From NCBI GenBank assembly GCA_028023455.1, contig JAQFVV010000005.1:6386001-6450000 (forward strand): DNA of 64,000 nt, given 5' to 3'. Position 1 is the stretch's first letter. The number at the start of each line of letters is the position of its first letter. A program made the position numbers and the translations under genes. Below, piece by piece: positions 23,600 to 37,095 of this stretch. The DNA comes from Epiperipatus broadwayi. Its lineage: Eukaryota > Animalia > Onychophora. The notes beneath the pieces are model-generated. The model ran no database searches. It was not told the origin of the DNA and was given only the letters and a program-made list of their open reading frames with translations.

Positions 23600-25441
23600 A
23601 TAATTAAAAATAGATTAAAATTTTATGTAATGATTATGTGATTTACAAAATTGGTGAAAAGTTTAGCTTTAAAGTCCATGACAAAATGCTTTCAAGAAAG
23701 AAAACTTTTCCCCAAAAAACTGATCACAAAAAATATTTAGCAATACATGAAAAACACATACTGAATAAAGTCTTGCCATGCTTGGGTGATAAGACTATTT
23801 AAATATACTTTAAAAATTCATGAGTGTATATATAGAAAAGTCTGCAGTGTGTATTAGGTTTCTATGAGATGGTTGTAAAATATAAGATAAAAATTTATAA
23901 AAAATTGAAATTTCATGCAGAAGAAACATTTAACAGAAATTTATCTGATTACAAGACAGTTGTTAAAAATAGTTTAAAATATATGAAAGAATGCATAAAG
24001 GTTAATATTTTCACTGTAATTTATGTGATTTGCAGGACAGCCAAAAATTAATTAAAAAACCCATGAAAGAACGCATGCGAAAATACATTGTGAATGCAGC
24101 CTGCGTGATTATAAATTGCTAACAGAAATAATTTAAAAATTCATGAATGTATGCTTATAAGCAAAATAAAAATCTTTCTAATGTAGTTTATATGATTACA
24201 GGACTGCTTCAAAAAGCACTTTAAAATTCATGAAAGAATACATGCATGAGGAAAAAACTTTTAAATCATGGGATGTAATTATAAGAGTGCTATAAAATAT
24301 AGTTTTAAAATTCATTGAAGAGTTCATTTGTAAGTAAAGTTTTTAAAACATTTTTATAGTGCTGCTTAAAAAAATAATTTAAAATTCCAGGAAAAATATA
24401 TACAAATGAAAAAAACTATTCCTTGTCTAGTTTGTGTGTTTATAAAATTGCTTGTTAAAAACATTAAAAATTAATGAATATTCACACTCAGAGAGAAATG
24501 TATTTTTCGGTAACTTGCATAATTATAAAGTTATTGTAAAATCTAACTTCCAAGTGATGAAAAAACACATTCTTTTGAAAAACTTTTATTTCAGCATGTG
24601 TGATTGTAAGACTGTTAGATTTAAAAATTCATAAAAGAATATTGGAGAAAACCTTATGGCATTGCAACTTGTTTATAAGATTTCTGTAAAATACAAACAT
24701 TTAATGAAAATATTAATGAAGAATAACCATTCTGTTGCAATTTGTGTGATTATAATGTTGTTAAATAAAAAAACTATGAAAAATTACATGCAGATGACAA
24801 GCATTTCTAATGCTTATTATATAATTTTAAGATTCCAATTAAGGATAGAGTACAGCTTCTTGAAAGTACACAAATAGTGAAAAATACTTCATGGTAATTT
24901 GTAATTACAAAACAGCTACTAAAATGGATTAAAAATACATGATTGTACACACACTGGAGAAAAATCTTCAATGTTAATTAGAGTAACATATATTAAGGCT
25001 ATAACCTTAAGACCATGTGCCTGAAAAATGACAGTAGGAACATATGTTACTTTACATAATGAGTATGTGCTTAACAAAATTAATTATTACAATTTTATAA
25101 TGTCAATTAGAATAGATTAAAAGTTGATAAAAGCATACAGAGAAAAGAGAAAAATATAATTGTGCGATTACAATACTCATATTAGAAATATATGAAAAAA
25201 CACATGTTAAAAATAAGTTTTTTCAATGCATGTTAATATATTTACAGAACTATCAAGAAAAAATAATTTGAAAAGGTACAAGAGAAAAGCATTTTCAGTT
25301 CAGTTTGTGATTAGAAGACTGAAAACTACTTTGAAATTTCATAAACATACACATATATGTAAAATGCTTTTCTATTACACTTTGAGTGATTGTAAAACAA
25401 ATTCTCAGTATAATTTAGTTAAATGTTTAACAAAATATTAA
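23600..25441 (+). pseudogene. Decayed tandem C2H2 zinc-finger gene, paralog of 30652-32784
   Basis: Repeated degenerate motifs TGTGATTACAAGACxGCT...TTAAAAATTCATGAAAGAAxACAxAC and CACACTGGAGAAAAA with the same codon usage as the intact array, broken by many stops and frameshifts. Confidence 0.75.
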
Positions 25442-26097
25442 CTAAACTTTGTTCAAAGTAAACAGAAAATAAAAAAGGCATTAAAGTGATTACAAAGATT
25501 CAGATTGTATTGTTTTGAAAAATCTTGAAACTAGTCATTTTACTGATTATGATATTTTGAAATTTTAATACAATGTATATGACAAATAACTCAAAATTTA
25601 ATTTGACAATCTGGTAAAGATCTAATGTTTAGATTTGGCCTTAAAAACAATTCAGAACATTATTTATTCTCTGTCAAAAAATGAAATGATTTTAATTTCT
25701 TTGAATTGAGCAGAAAACTTTTTATCTGCTCTAATGTTAAATTAGTTAACTTTTTGATCTGGTGCCATATCTGTAAAATAATTATTATGTCTATTTCAAT
25801 AGACTATACTATGCCCCTTTATGAATGAGTTTCCTAATGTAAGTCAAGTATATATTTTTAATAAACGATTTGTGCTATTGTTTTCCTGAAGGTTTTTGAT
25901 GATGGTATTTTAGTTGTATTTATATCGACTATTTCCATCATTTAATATTAAATAATGAATATCTTTAGAAAAATTTAACTTTATTTAAATTTTCCAATTA
26001 CATTCAATTGTTAATAGTGCACAGGTATGAATATGTACAATATTTCAAGAAATATTCTCTCTTCTTCAGGTGTTGCTGCTGGCCTGGCCAATGACAG

Positions 26098-26183
26098 TAC
26101 TAGCATGGGAATTGAACCTGGACCCTTAGATTCTTGAATATTGAATTTTAAGATAACGCTCTAACCATCTGAGTCATCCTGCT
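26098..26183 (-). pseudogene. Degenerate tRNA-like sequence (tRNA pseudogene or SINE head) with extra sequence in the anticodon region
   Basis: Reverse complement AGCAGGATGACTCAGATGGTTAGAGCG...AGGGTCCAGGTTCAATTCCCATGCT has A-box and B-box-like motifs. The anticodon arm does not pair. Confidence 0.5.
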
Positions 26184-26280
26184 ATATTACAATTGACACA
26201 CTTACATTAAATATTGATGGTAGCCATTTAGAGGATCTAAAGCTTGGATTTTTATGGTAAGTTTACAGTAAGTTGTAAAG

Positions 26281-26378
26281 CAGATGAATGGATTTAAATA
26301 TTTGAGAAGTTGGATAAGGGATGAGAGAAATAATAACAAAGAAATTAGAGTAAGAATTATTATGGCTGAGTAGACTTT
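26281..26378 (+). mobile_element. RTE-clade LINE RT fragment
   Basis: Translates QMNGFKYLRSWIRDERNNNKEIRVRIIMA, resembling the FKYLGSxIxxDGxxxxEIxxRIxMA motif. Confidence 0.65.
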
Positions 26379-27730
26379 GTTTGGTGATATTGTGACAGAT
26401 ATGGATTTAGAAAACAATAGACAATCTCTTTCAAAAGAAGGTTATTTATTAGAGATTTGAAATGCCCACAGTTGAAAATAGTCATATTTGAATGATCATT
26501 TAAAGATGTGATCATCTATATCTATATATAACTGTATGCCAATGCAAAATATAGTATCCAATAATATTAATGAAAGATTTATATTGCAATAACAATCTGC
26601 ATCCTCTGATTATGCACTATCCAGGTAATCATGCATGATTGACAGATATCAGATAATAGTTTTAAACTAATTACTATAATAATTTCTATCTACTGGCCCT
26701 TCAATATTAGGAACTATAGTTTTGTGTTAGTATTATTCAGCATCCCCTCAAAGAAAGTCAGTATATGGATTAAAATTTTCATCTTGGTATTATCATTATG
26801 GGAGCCATGGTTTGCATCTGCTTTCATATGAAATAAGGCGAATGTTATTTTGTCAAATACAAATTAATGAGTATGACTTTGATAATAAAAAAGATAATTT
26901 AAATAAAAATAAGTAGATAAATAAAGATTTAGCTAAAAATGAAAAATTATGAATTATATTGAAAAATTAAAAAAACAACAGATTTTTTAAATCTAATTTG
27001 TAATGTCTTTTTTTCTATTTATTTCTACTATTTTCTTAGATAGAAGCATTTTTTCATATTTATTTCTGTAAATAATTTTTAAACATAATATATGTGTGTA
27101 ACCAGATTAATCTAATGCTTTATTTATAAAATAGTTCATTTAGAAATGTTTATACTATTTTTCTAGACGTTTAATATATAGAATAACAATACTAAAATGA
27201 AGAATAGTTGAAATTATATATTAACATTTTATTTTTGTGATTAAATATTTATTGTTATCTTCATAAATTTAATATGATATTTTGTTCAAATTGCATATAT
27301 AAGCATATATGTACTAATTAATTATATATCATTCTTTTATGACTTAATCTAGAAGCGTATGATTCTTATACAACTTAATGATTTATTAGACTTTTTATAT
27401 AAATATATCAATATATTTAATATTTTGTGATCCCACAATATCCCAATTAATATTGCTATAATTTGTGTTCTGTTTCCTTTATATGATTGGATATTGATGT
27501 TTTATTATCTAACATTTTAATCTTATTTCTATAGAATTTTTAGTTTTTCTCACATTTATTTTCAATCTCATTATCTAAAAATTGTGGTATATTCCTAAAA
27601 TATGTCATTGTATAACATTCATTGATTCAGAGATGACACTACAAAGAGCTTAGAAGTAGAGAACCAGTCACTTTTTTATGGGACACATGTATGACAGAGG
27701 CAATTAAATTTTATTTATGAAGATGAGAAT

Positions 27731-27807
27731 AATGATCTTGAACAATCCTGAATTTGTTGATAAAACTTAAATGATCTTGAACGATCCTGAATTTGTTGAT
27801 AAAACTT
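27731..27807 (+). repeat. 39-bp-period tandem duplication
   Basis: AATGATCTTGAAC(A/G)ATCCTGAATTTGTTGATAAAACTT occurs twice. Confidence 0.9.
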
Positions 27808-28226
27808 CAATAATGCCCAGGAAGTTAAAAATCAAATGGCCTTACCATTGGATCTAGGTAAAAAATGTTTGGAATTTCATATGAAATTATTTTTATGTCA
27901 TAATTTTTTGATGATTTGACAGGAATCTTAGTTCAACATCTAAAAAGGATCTTGATTTGAAATGAGGTGAGACAGTTTCTGATATTTAGTGGAAGAATAT
28001 GTGAAAGAACAAGAAAACACTACAAAAGAGCAGACTTGAATATGCCAATAATAATTATCATGATAATATTCGAGTAGTCAGATGTATAGTGTGGGCATTT
28101 TTTTCTACTAGAGGTGCAATTTATGAGTAAAATATGCTAGTTCCAAATAGATCCAGACCAACAGTATTATTAAATTGAATAGAGTAGCATATTTCAATCT
28201 ATTGTAACAAACGATATTCAGATTAT

Positions 28227-28730
28227 ACATTAAAGATCAGCCTGTCAAGCTATTGTGCATACGCTTTTTACGATTGTTAATAATAAATGAATACTTTGAC
28301 TTCCAACACAAGATATAGTATTTAGGAAAGAATAAAATGAATCCACTTATTCTATCCAATCCAAATGCTTATATATGGGCAAATCTTAAGTACTGGAAGT
28401 GAAAGCGTGTGGATAGACCACTCACTTTAAATTACTGTTTACGATGTCTGAATGAATGACGTCGACGAAATTATTTAGAATTTACTAAACATCATTCTCA
28501 AATGAAACTTAAACATATGTAAATAAGTATTTATTTTATATAGTGCATATTTATAAACTGTAATACATTAAAGATCAGCCTGTCAAGCTATTGTGCGTAC
28601 TATATCTTGTGTTGGAAGTCAAAGTATTCATTTATTATTAACACTCGTAAAAAGCATATGCACAATAGCTTGACAGGCTGATCTTTAATGTATTACAATT
28701 TATAAACATGCGCTATATAAAATAAATGCT
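28227..28730. mobile_element. Composite fold-back insertion sharing its terminal module with family H1
   Basis: 28227-28320 is inverted relative to 28597-28691. 28521-28596 is a second inverted copy that includes the terminal module. 12-bp TSD TATTCAGATTAT (28215-28226, 28731-28742). Confidence 0.75.
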
Positions 28731-30651
28731 TATTCAGATTATGAGAGTTTTCCCTGATGTTTAGATGAAAAATTAAACACACTGTGTTGGTGAGATTAAA
28801 AAATAAGATCTCATACTGTAAAGAGATTTTCAGACCATTCTTATTAATAGACCTCTATTTTTTGACAGGATCTCTTTTGTAATAGCAATACCACCAATAT
28901 AGATGAATTTTTTGCATTCTGTTTTTGAAAAATTTCTAATGAATTTATTAAATAACGTATGTGAGAGAACTGAACTGTTAAATTTTGTAGCTATGAAAAT
29001 TATTATACTATTACCACAGCAAAACTTGATGAATTGGTTAAAACAGAAAATTATTTATATATTATATAGTTTTCCATATATTGATTAAAGTATTTATTGG
29101 TTTTTATTTAAATTACATATTTTGTAAATCTTTTTTATAACAACAATCACTAAATAATATGAACAATCTTTTATTATAAATCCTTTTTATTATATTGTAT
29201 TAAGCTTAGTTGTATGTTTTAGCATTCACTTATTGGTATATAATATCAAGAAAACTCATGGATATTTATTGTTCTGTCTTTGGTATTGAAATATAAATTT
29301 TTAATCTTTTTTGTTTGTGAATCATATATGTTGCCATTTTATAAGTTGTATATCATTCATATTATTTTATATTTTAATACTTTAAAAAAATTTTTTTTTT
29401 ATATATTTATAACTTAGCAATACTTTTATATATTGTTTTTTTTTTTTTGTTTAGATTGGCTGTAATTCACAGAAAAAAAAAATCTTTGGTTTTCAAACAT
29501 CTTAATTTACCAATTATTGCAGAAAATATGTATGGACTACAATTTAATTGCTCTTAATTTTGAACACATTCTTGAAATTGTATATCTACTGATCAGAACT
29601 CACTGAACATTGGATATTTTCTTTATCAGATAATTCTTACAAGTTATTTAGTTTCTATTATATGCAGAAAATAATTGGCATATCCATAAACGACCAATTT
29701 ACTTAATGAAATCACAATGATTCCTCTTAGAATTTTTTTTTTTTACGATGACTATTATTTTGAGAAAAAATATTGATAGAGAATTCATTGAAATAACATT
29801 AAAAATATAACCCCAAATTAAGTGATATTAGGAGGGAAAATGCCATTTTATATTAAAAAAATTTTTTTTAATGGAATTTAAATTAATAGAATTAAAATTT
29901 GCAGAAGTATCAAATAGGATAAGAATTGGAAGTATAAAATGTTGAAAGTGGATTCAATTGGAATTGATAAGACTTAAAAATAATAAATGTTAATGATAAG
30001 TGAAGTTATATGAATATACAGATTATAGAAGTGATAGATTAAATTGTTTTTTGTTCATTTCCTACATTTTTGAGATACCATCATTCACAAAATGAATTTG
30101 TCTTTATAGAGATTTTTCCCCTCTAAAGTTAATAAATGATCTGTAAGTTTTTTAAATTTAAAATTATCATTTTAACTAAGACAAACATCTACAATTTTTT
30201 TTTATACTTTGATTTGGTGATATTATTTATTACTAAGCAAAGTATTTTGTTAAATTCAAATAATTAATATTAAATACTGCTTTAAAATGTCTCTGTAGAA
30301 AAAGTTTTTCCAATTGTTATTTCTAATGATATTATAATATATATTATTAAAATAATCAAAAAGATAAAAGTAATAATTAAGATTTATTACTTAATGACCA
30401 TCATATAATTTTAAAAACTTGCTTCTGCTTGATGTGAATTTAATTTAAAAAGTAATTGAAAAAGATTTTAAATGGCAGAAAATTTTTTTTAGTATTGCAT
30501 TTTATAAAAGAAAGTGCAACAAAAAATGTGCATTAAGTGTTTAAAATGGATAAAATTAAAATTGTATGCTTTTAAAGCTGCTAAGACTTGTATTGAATAA
30601 AAAATTCACATAGCACTATTTGGGCTTGTAAAAAGTATAATTTAAAACTAT

Positions 30652-32784
30652 ATGAACAAAGGCATACAGGAGAGAAATCTTTCTAGTTTAGTTTTAAGTA
30701 CAGGATTACTACAACAACACTTTAAAATGTATGAAAGAACACATTCAGGAAAAAAAAAATTTCAATGCAATCTGTGTGACTACAAGACTGCTGGGAAAAA
30801 AGATTTAAAAGTACATGAAGAAACACATACTAGGAAAAAACCTTATCATTGCAACTTCTGTAATTATGAAACTTCGACTAAATATATTTTAAAAAATCAT
30901 GAAAGTATACATACAGGAGATCGGCCTTTCCAGTGTAGATTGTGCAATTATAAGACTGCTGTTAAACACAGACTAAAAATTCATGAAAGAATGCATACAG
31001 GAGAAAAACCATACCAATGCAATTTATGTAACTTTAAGACAGCTACTAAGGATAGATTAAAAATTCACGAAACTATTCATACTGGAGAAAAACCATTCCA
31101 GTGTGCATTGTGTAATTATAAAACTGCTGTTAAAACTAGATTAAAATTACATGAAAGTTTTCATATGGAAGAGAAACCTTTCTGCTGCAGCTTATGTGAT
31201 TATAAGACTTCTGTAAAAAATAATATGAAAATGCATGAAAGAAAACATTCAGGAGAAAAACCCTTTTACTGTAATATGTGTGGTTACAAAGCTGCTCATA
31301 AAAACTGTTTAAAAATTCATGAGAGTATACATACGGGACAACAACCATTCCAATGCACTTTGTGTGATTATAAGACTGCTGCAAAATATAATTTAAAAAT
31401 TCATGCAACAACGCATACAGGAGAAAAACCTTTTCAGTGTAGTTTATGTAATTATAAAACTAATATTAAAAAGAAATTAAAAATTCATGAAAGTTCACAT
31501 CTCGGAGAGAAATTCAGCTTATATGATTACAAGACTGCTGCAAAAAATAATATGAAAATGCATGAAGGAAAGCATTCAGAAAACAAATCTTTTCAATGCA
31601 CTATGTGTGATTATACAGCTGCATATAAAAGCTGGTTAGAAATTCATGAAAGGTCACATACTGGAGAAAAGCCTTATCAGTGCAATGTATGTAACTACAA
31701 AAGTAATATAAAATCTAATTTAAAAGTTCATGAAAGAAAACATACAGGAGTAAAATCATTCCATTGTAGCTTATGTAGTTATAAGACTTCTGCTAAGTTT
31801 CAATTAAAAGTGCATGAAAGTGCACACACAGGAGAAAAATCTTTTCATTGCAGTTTGTGCAATTTTAAGACTGCTATTAAATATTCATTAAAAATTCATG
31901 AAAGTTTCCATACCGGAGTCAAACCTTTTTGCTGCACTCTATGTGATTACAAAACAGCTAGAAAAGGTAATTTGAAAAAACATGGAAGAATACATTCAGG
32001 AGAAAAACCTTTTGAGTGTTCTGTATGTGATTTCAAGACTGCTGATAAGACATCTTTAAAAAGACACAGAAGAACAACACATAGCAATGAAAAACCTTTC
32101 AAGTGTTTTATGTGTGATTATAAGACTGCCTTAAAAAGTAATTTAAAAGCTCATGAAAATACACATTCAGGAGAAAAACTTTTTGAGTGCAGATTATGTG
32201 ATTATAAAACTTCAGTAAAATATAAATTAAAATTTCATGAAGCAGCACATACAGGGGAAAATCCCTTACATTGCAACTTGTGTAATTATAAGACCTATAT
32301 AAAAAATAGATTAAAAATACATATGAGAATACATGTTAAAGAGAAACCTTTCCACTGCACATTGTGTAAATATCAGACAGCTCTCAAAAGCAGTTTAAAA
32401 ATACATGAAAGAATTCATTTGCAAGTAAAACCTTTTCCTTGTAAAATGTGTAATTATAGTAGTACTCAAAAAAGTAATTTAAAAATACATGAAAAATTAC
32501 ACATTAGGGAAAACCTTTTCCAATACAATTTATGCGATTACAAATCTTGTTTTCAGAATGATTTGATAAGTAATACAAAAAATAATCATTTAAAACATGC
32601 TTGTATAAACTTTGATCAAAATAAACAGGAAATAAAATACGTACCAAGTGATAGTTGTAGTCCTGGAGTATTTCAATGTCATTTATGTGATTACAAAGAT
32701 GAAAATAACAATAGTTTGAAAATTCATGAAGCTAGACATTTCACTGATTATGATATGCTTGAAATTCTCATAAAAATTGCATGA
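30652..32784 (+). CDS. Tandem C2H2 (Kruppel-type) zinc-finger protein, 21 intact fingers plus degenerate fingers; upstream exons possible
   Basis: 710-aa uninterrupted ORF of F/Y-x-C-x2-C-x-Y/F-K-T-x6-L-K-x-H-x3-H units joined by TGEKP-type linkers. Confidence 0.93.
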   Translation: MNKGIQERNLSSLVLSTGLLQQHFKMYERTHSGKKKFQCNLCDYKTAGKKDLKVHEETHTRKKPYHCNFCNYETSTKYILKNHESIHTGDRPFQCRLCNYKTAVKHRLKIHERMHTGEKPYQCNLCNFKTATKDRLKIHETIHTGEKPFQCALCNYKTAVKTRLKLHESFHMEEKPFCCSLCDYKTSVKNNMKMHERKHSGEKPFYCNMCGYKAAHKNCLKIHESIHTGQQPFQCTLCDYKTAAKYNLKIHATTHTGEKPFQCSLCNYKTNIKKKLKIHESSHLGEKFSLYDYKTAAKNNMKMHEGKHSENKSFQCTMCDYTAAYKSWLEIHERSHTGEKPYQCNVCNYKSNIKSNLKVHERKHTGVKSFHCSLCSYKTSAKFQLKVHESAHTGEKSFHCSLCNFKTAIKYSLKIHESFHTGVKPFCCTLCDYKTARKGNLKKHGRIHSGEKPFECSVCDFKTADKTSLKRHRRTTHSNEKPFKCFMCDYKTALKSNLKAHENTHSGEKLFECRLCDYKTSVKYKLKFHEAAHTGENPLHCNLCNYKTYIKNRLKIHMRIHVKEKPFHCTLCKYQTALKSSLKIHERIHLQVKPFPCKMCNYSSTQKSNLKIHEKLHIRENLFQYNLCDYKSCFQNDLISNTKNNHLKHACINFDQNKQEIKYVPSDSCSPGVFQCHLCDYKDENNNSLKIHEARHFTDYDMLEILIKIA

Positions 32785-33199
32785 CTCATAATTCAAGATT
32801 TACTTTTGGAAATCTGATAAAGCTGGTTAATGTATATGATTTGCCTTAAAGCAATACAGGAGTGTATCTGCCAAAAAAAAAAAAAAAATCATAGAAAAAA
32901 TATTGACACAGCAGGACATTTACAAAATGATTTTTCTTATTGTAATATGGTTGAAACCCTTTTTACATTTTTTTACTTAATCAGTTTGTAATGTGAGATG
33001 AAAATCCATTTTTATTAAAAACTTTAATAAGGCATTTGTATGATGCTATAATTAACACTTAATGACTGAAATAATGGAATGCTACAGGAATTAAAAAATG
33101 CGAATTCTGATCGTTAAGTAGACTTAATAAGGATAAAGATTATTTTGTACCAGTTTGAAATTAATAGCTTAATTAAATTTCTTTTAGACATCATTTAAT

Positions 33200-33350
33200 A
33201 TGGAATATAGATACGAGAAAAGATTTGGATTTGCAGGTGTTGAAAGGAATAAATTTAAAGGATAAGATTAAAAATGTTGAAAAGGGAGAAAAAAAGATTA
33301 GAAGTTATGATAAGAAAGAAAAACTGGGTTGGACATTTACTTCATGAACT
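33200..33350 (+). mobile_element. RTE-clade LINE C-terminal fragment
   Basis: LKGINLKDKIKN and EVMIRKKNWVGHLLH (WxGH motif). Confidence 0.5.
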
Positions 33351-33699
33351 ATAAATTAAACTGAAGAAATCCCAAACTGAGTTTAAAGAGTTTGGTTAAA
33401 AAAAGTTAAAATAGAAAAGGCAAAAATGAATTTCAGGTTAAAGAAAAACTCTAAGGCAGAAACCAATTCAGGAACAGAGTTTAAGAAGTTACAAAAGGAA
33501 TACAAAGAAATTCAGGTAAAGTGCCAAAGTTTATCAGAACAAGTAAAAAAATAAAATATAGTGAATTCAAAAATCTTAAACAAGAAGTAGAAAATAAGGA
33601 TCGGTTGCTGAGTTGAAAGAAATGGAATTGATTTACAATGAGCAAAAAGAATATTTTATTGAAGTCATGGATTAATATAAAGTTAATAATAACAATGGT

Positions 33700-36432
33700 A
33701 TGTCATATAAGAATCTCAGGGTCATCTAGAAGTACATGGTAATGCTAACTTGCTGACTAGATGAAGTAAGAAGGCAAATTGGTAAGTATTATTTTTATTA
33801 ATGAAAATCTTATGCAAACATTGAAACCTGTAGATAGAGATTATATTAAGAAAAAAATATCCAAAATGGAAATATAAATCAAAATAAGATGTATCTGAGT
33901 AATCAAATTCAAAAGCTGATACAGATGGCAAACAATGATAGAGAGAATCTGATAATGATGATAAAACATAATTTGTCTGAATTACAGGAAGGTGACATCA
34001 CTATGGGGTGTAAGCCTATACAAGAAAATAGAGCTATAGGTTTTAATAGGAATTATGTTAATCATGATACTGAAAATTTTGTGCCAATATCCATTGAAAA
34101 TTGAAACGGGATTGCCATCATATAAATTTGAGTGTTCGATTTATATAGATTAAAGTGTTTAAAGACAACTATTGTGAAAATCCAGCTGAATATTTAAATA
34201 GAGAACTATTTGCCTTAAACAAGTTGACTAAAAGAGAAAAGTTAGAGATTGAAAGCAACTATCTATATGCATCTGCTAATGACTGGTGGTGATCTTTATT
34301 TAATAAGCCTGAAACTTATGGTGACTTCAAACGTATGATTATATCTAGCATCTGGAATGAAGATAAGCAAGATAGTGTGAGATGCCAAATTATACAAGAA
34401 AGATATAGAAATATGGGTAGCTATACACAATTCTTCAGAAGTCAAACCACTAATTTAAATATTCTTACAGGCTTTCCATTATCTGGGAACCAGATCATGT
34501 GCATAAATAGGCATATTGAGCAGATCTAATACCCATTGACAGGCATATAATTGAAGAAATGTCAGAGACTCTAGAGACATTGGAGGCCAGTGAAAGATTA
34601 TTAGAAAACAACTGAAGACTTAGGTAGGAAATATTTAATTATTCTTTGTGTAATATTCATTATTCTGAGATACAATCTTTTGAAACATTATATTTCACTA
34701 AAACAGAAGCTATCATTTTCGAAAGTGACTTCCATATAAAACTACTGCTAATGCCAATAGAAATAATTTTCGGACATTTAGAAATACTGTGTCCACAGAA
34801 AATTATTCTGTTAATAATTAATTCTTAAGATACTAAAGTGAAAATATTAGGGGCCAAATCTAATTTACATGCATTCAGCTAAATAGGACCTGGGAAGGTT
34901 CCTCATTGTGGGGGCTAATAACTAATTTGGGGAAGCATGACTTCATTTCACATCTTAGTTCATTAAGCTGTAATCTGGAAGAATTTGAACCTGATCTGTC
35001 ATAAGATCAGTTTGTCATAAATAATTGTTCAGAAATTAAAGGAAAAATTAAAGAGATCTCAACTAAAGCCTTTTTGGACATTTAGATAACTATTATCTCA
35101 GAAGATATATTTAATAAAATTATTGACTTGAATACACAAATTCCTTACTACTAAAACAGTCACAATAGTCAGAAAGGTAAATCCAATTCAATTACTAAAT
35201 TTATACATACAGGAAATGTCAATGAAATTAGATATAAAATTAAAAGATTTAAATTATGAAATTAAAAATACATTTTGTCAATTATTATGCAAATGTAAAG
35301 ACATTTTTCTAAAAAGCCAGGCCTTATTAAAGAATATGTTCATAATATATATCTGAAAGATTATATAACTCCAGTATAAAACATATCTGATCCCATATCA
35401 ATATAATGTGGACATTAATTGGCAATTTAACTAGATAGTTGAGTTGAAAATTATGCATCAGTTTACAATAATCCTTCTAGCAATAGTATGCAAGAAAGAT
35501 TGGTCTATTCGTATTTGTCTTGATACTCAATTTTTAAATTGGTTGACTATTCCTAAATGTGATGTTCCTCCTACTGTAAGTTAAAGATTGTTCAATAATG
35601 GAGCCTGGTTTCATATGCTGTTTAGATCAAGTTCTATGAAGGGAGGTGAAGAATATCAATCATGTACATGAATGATGGAATTGCTTCCAAAAATATATCA
35701 GAATACTTGGAACATTTGAAAATTTTCTTTATGTGAAATGAAAAATATTAAGATTAATTTAAAGAAGAGTACAATAACTACCAAAGAAATAAATTTTCTT
35801 GGCTATGCAGTGGGATTTGAAGCTATTAAACCACATCCTGATAAAATTACTGCCGTATAAAATTTCCCAGTAACTGAAAATAAAAAACAACTGTGATCTT
35901 TTTTTGGAATATATAATTTCTATCAAATATTTTACCAGAACATTGAATACAAGGGACTGCATACTTATATCAATTGCTTATAAAAGATGAAAAGTGGAAA
36001 TGAATAGATAATCATTCCAATTACTTTACTAATATTAAGTTACACTTTTTAATATAGATCATTTATACTATCCCATTCTATATGCAAACATAGCAGTTAA
36101 TACGGATTAGCTGTTAAACTATTCTAATTGGATAATCGACAGAAACTGCAGGCCTTGTATTTTCTTAGCTATTTGGTTAAAGGTGCTGAATCGCATTATT
36201 CTGGAACAGAAAAGGAAGCTCTTGCTGTCATATGGGCTTTTCAAAAGTTACATCAGTTTTTATTAGAGTTTTTGAATCAAAGCTATTTTAATAATGAGCA
36301 CCTAATATGATAGAGTCATTTCTACAATAGTTTTAATAAACTATTCAGTATTGTAAAGGGAAAATTATATTGTAACTGATATACTTCATAGACATTCAGT
36401 AAAAAAATACAATCATTTCATCCAGATATGAT
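33700..36432 (+). mobile_element. Decayed Gypsy LTR retrotransposon, 5' part (RT/RNase H; left boundary approximate)
   Basis: ~35785-35935 translates EINFLGY...IKPHPDKITAV.NFPV..NKKQL.SFFGIYNFY. ORF 36128-36310 has HYSGTEKEALAVIWAFQKLHQFL (RNase H). Confidence 0.75.
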
Positions 36433-36440
36433 AAATTTAT

Positions 36441-37063
36441 GGTACTTGTGATTTTTGACCCATGTGGCCACCAGAGGCGCTGGTCAGGGTCAACCACAGA
36501 AATACTTAGAGTAGGGGCCCCAAATGCAGCAATGCAAATGTCAGCCGATATGTGGCACTGTTCACAATGTGTAAGCACAGGAAAATTCCACCAGCTGGCT
36601 GGCAGCAAAGCTGCCCGCTTGGTGGTGCTGGTCACAATGCATAAGCCCATTTAGCTTACATAGTCTGCTACCAGCGACTACCAAGTTCCTAGGTGGTGCT
36701 GATTGCCATAAACACATCTAGCTTATGTGTCGTCTGCTACCAGAAACTACCAAGATTCTAGCCCACTATGTGGCGCTGTTTCTCCATGTTACACACGGAA
36801 AAACAACGCACTAATAGAGTTTATGTACGTACTACTTAAAAGATGGCTGGCTTATAATGTACAGGTGTGATTAATTAAGAAGTTACAACTATTTAAATAT
36901 GCGTTCAAACTTAATAGTGTCACATGCTATTTCACAGTTTTATAAATGGATGTATATTTAAATTATTTCTTTTTAAAAATCAATCTTTTTTTTTTAATTA
37001 TTTACTCTAAAAGTGTTTTTTTTTTTTTTAAATTAAAAAAAAATGTAATTTTTACGACAATTG

Positions 37064-37095
<32 letters not shown>

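Noticed and set aside
28450-28480. CTGAATGA...GACGAAA as a hammerhead
   Set aside because: Stems I and III cannot be formed and the core spacing is wrong.
36396-36654. ORFs 36396-36650 and 36439-36654 as genes
   Set aside because: They arise from the GC-rich TIR and have no recognisable domain.
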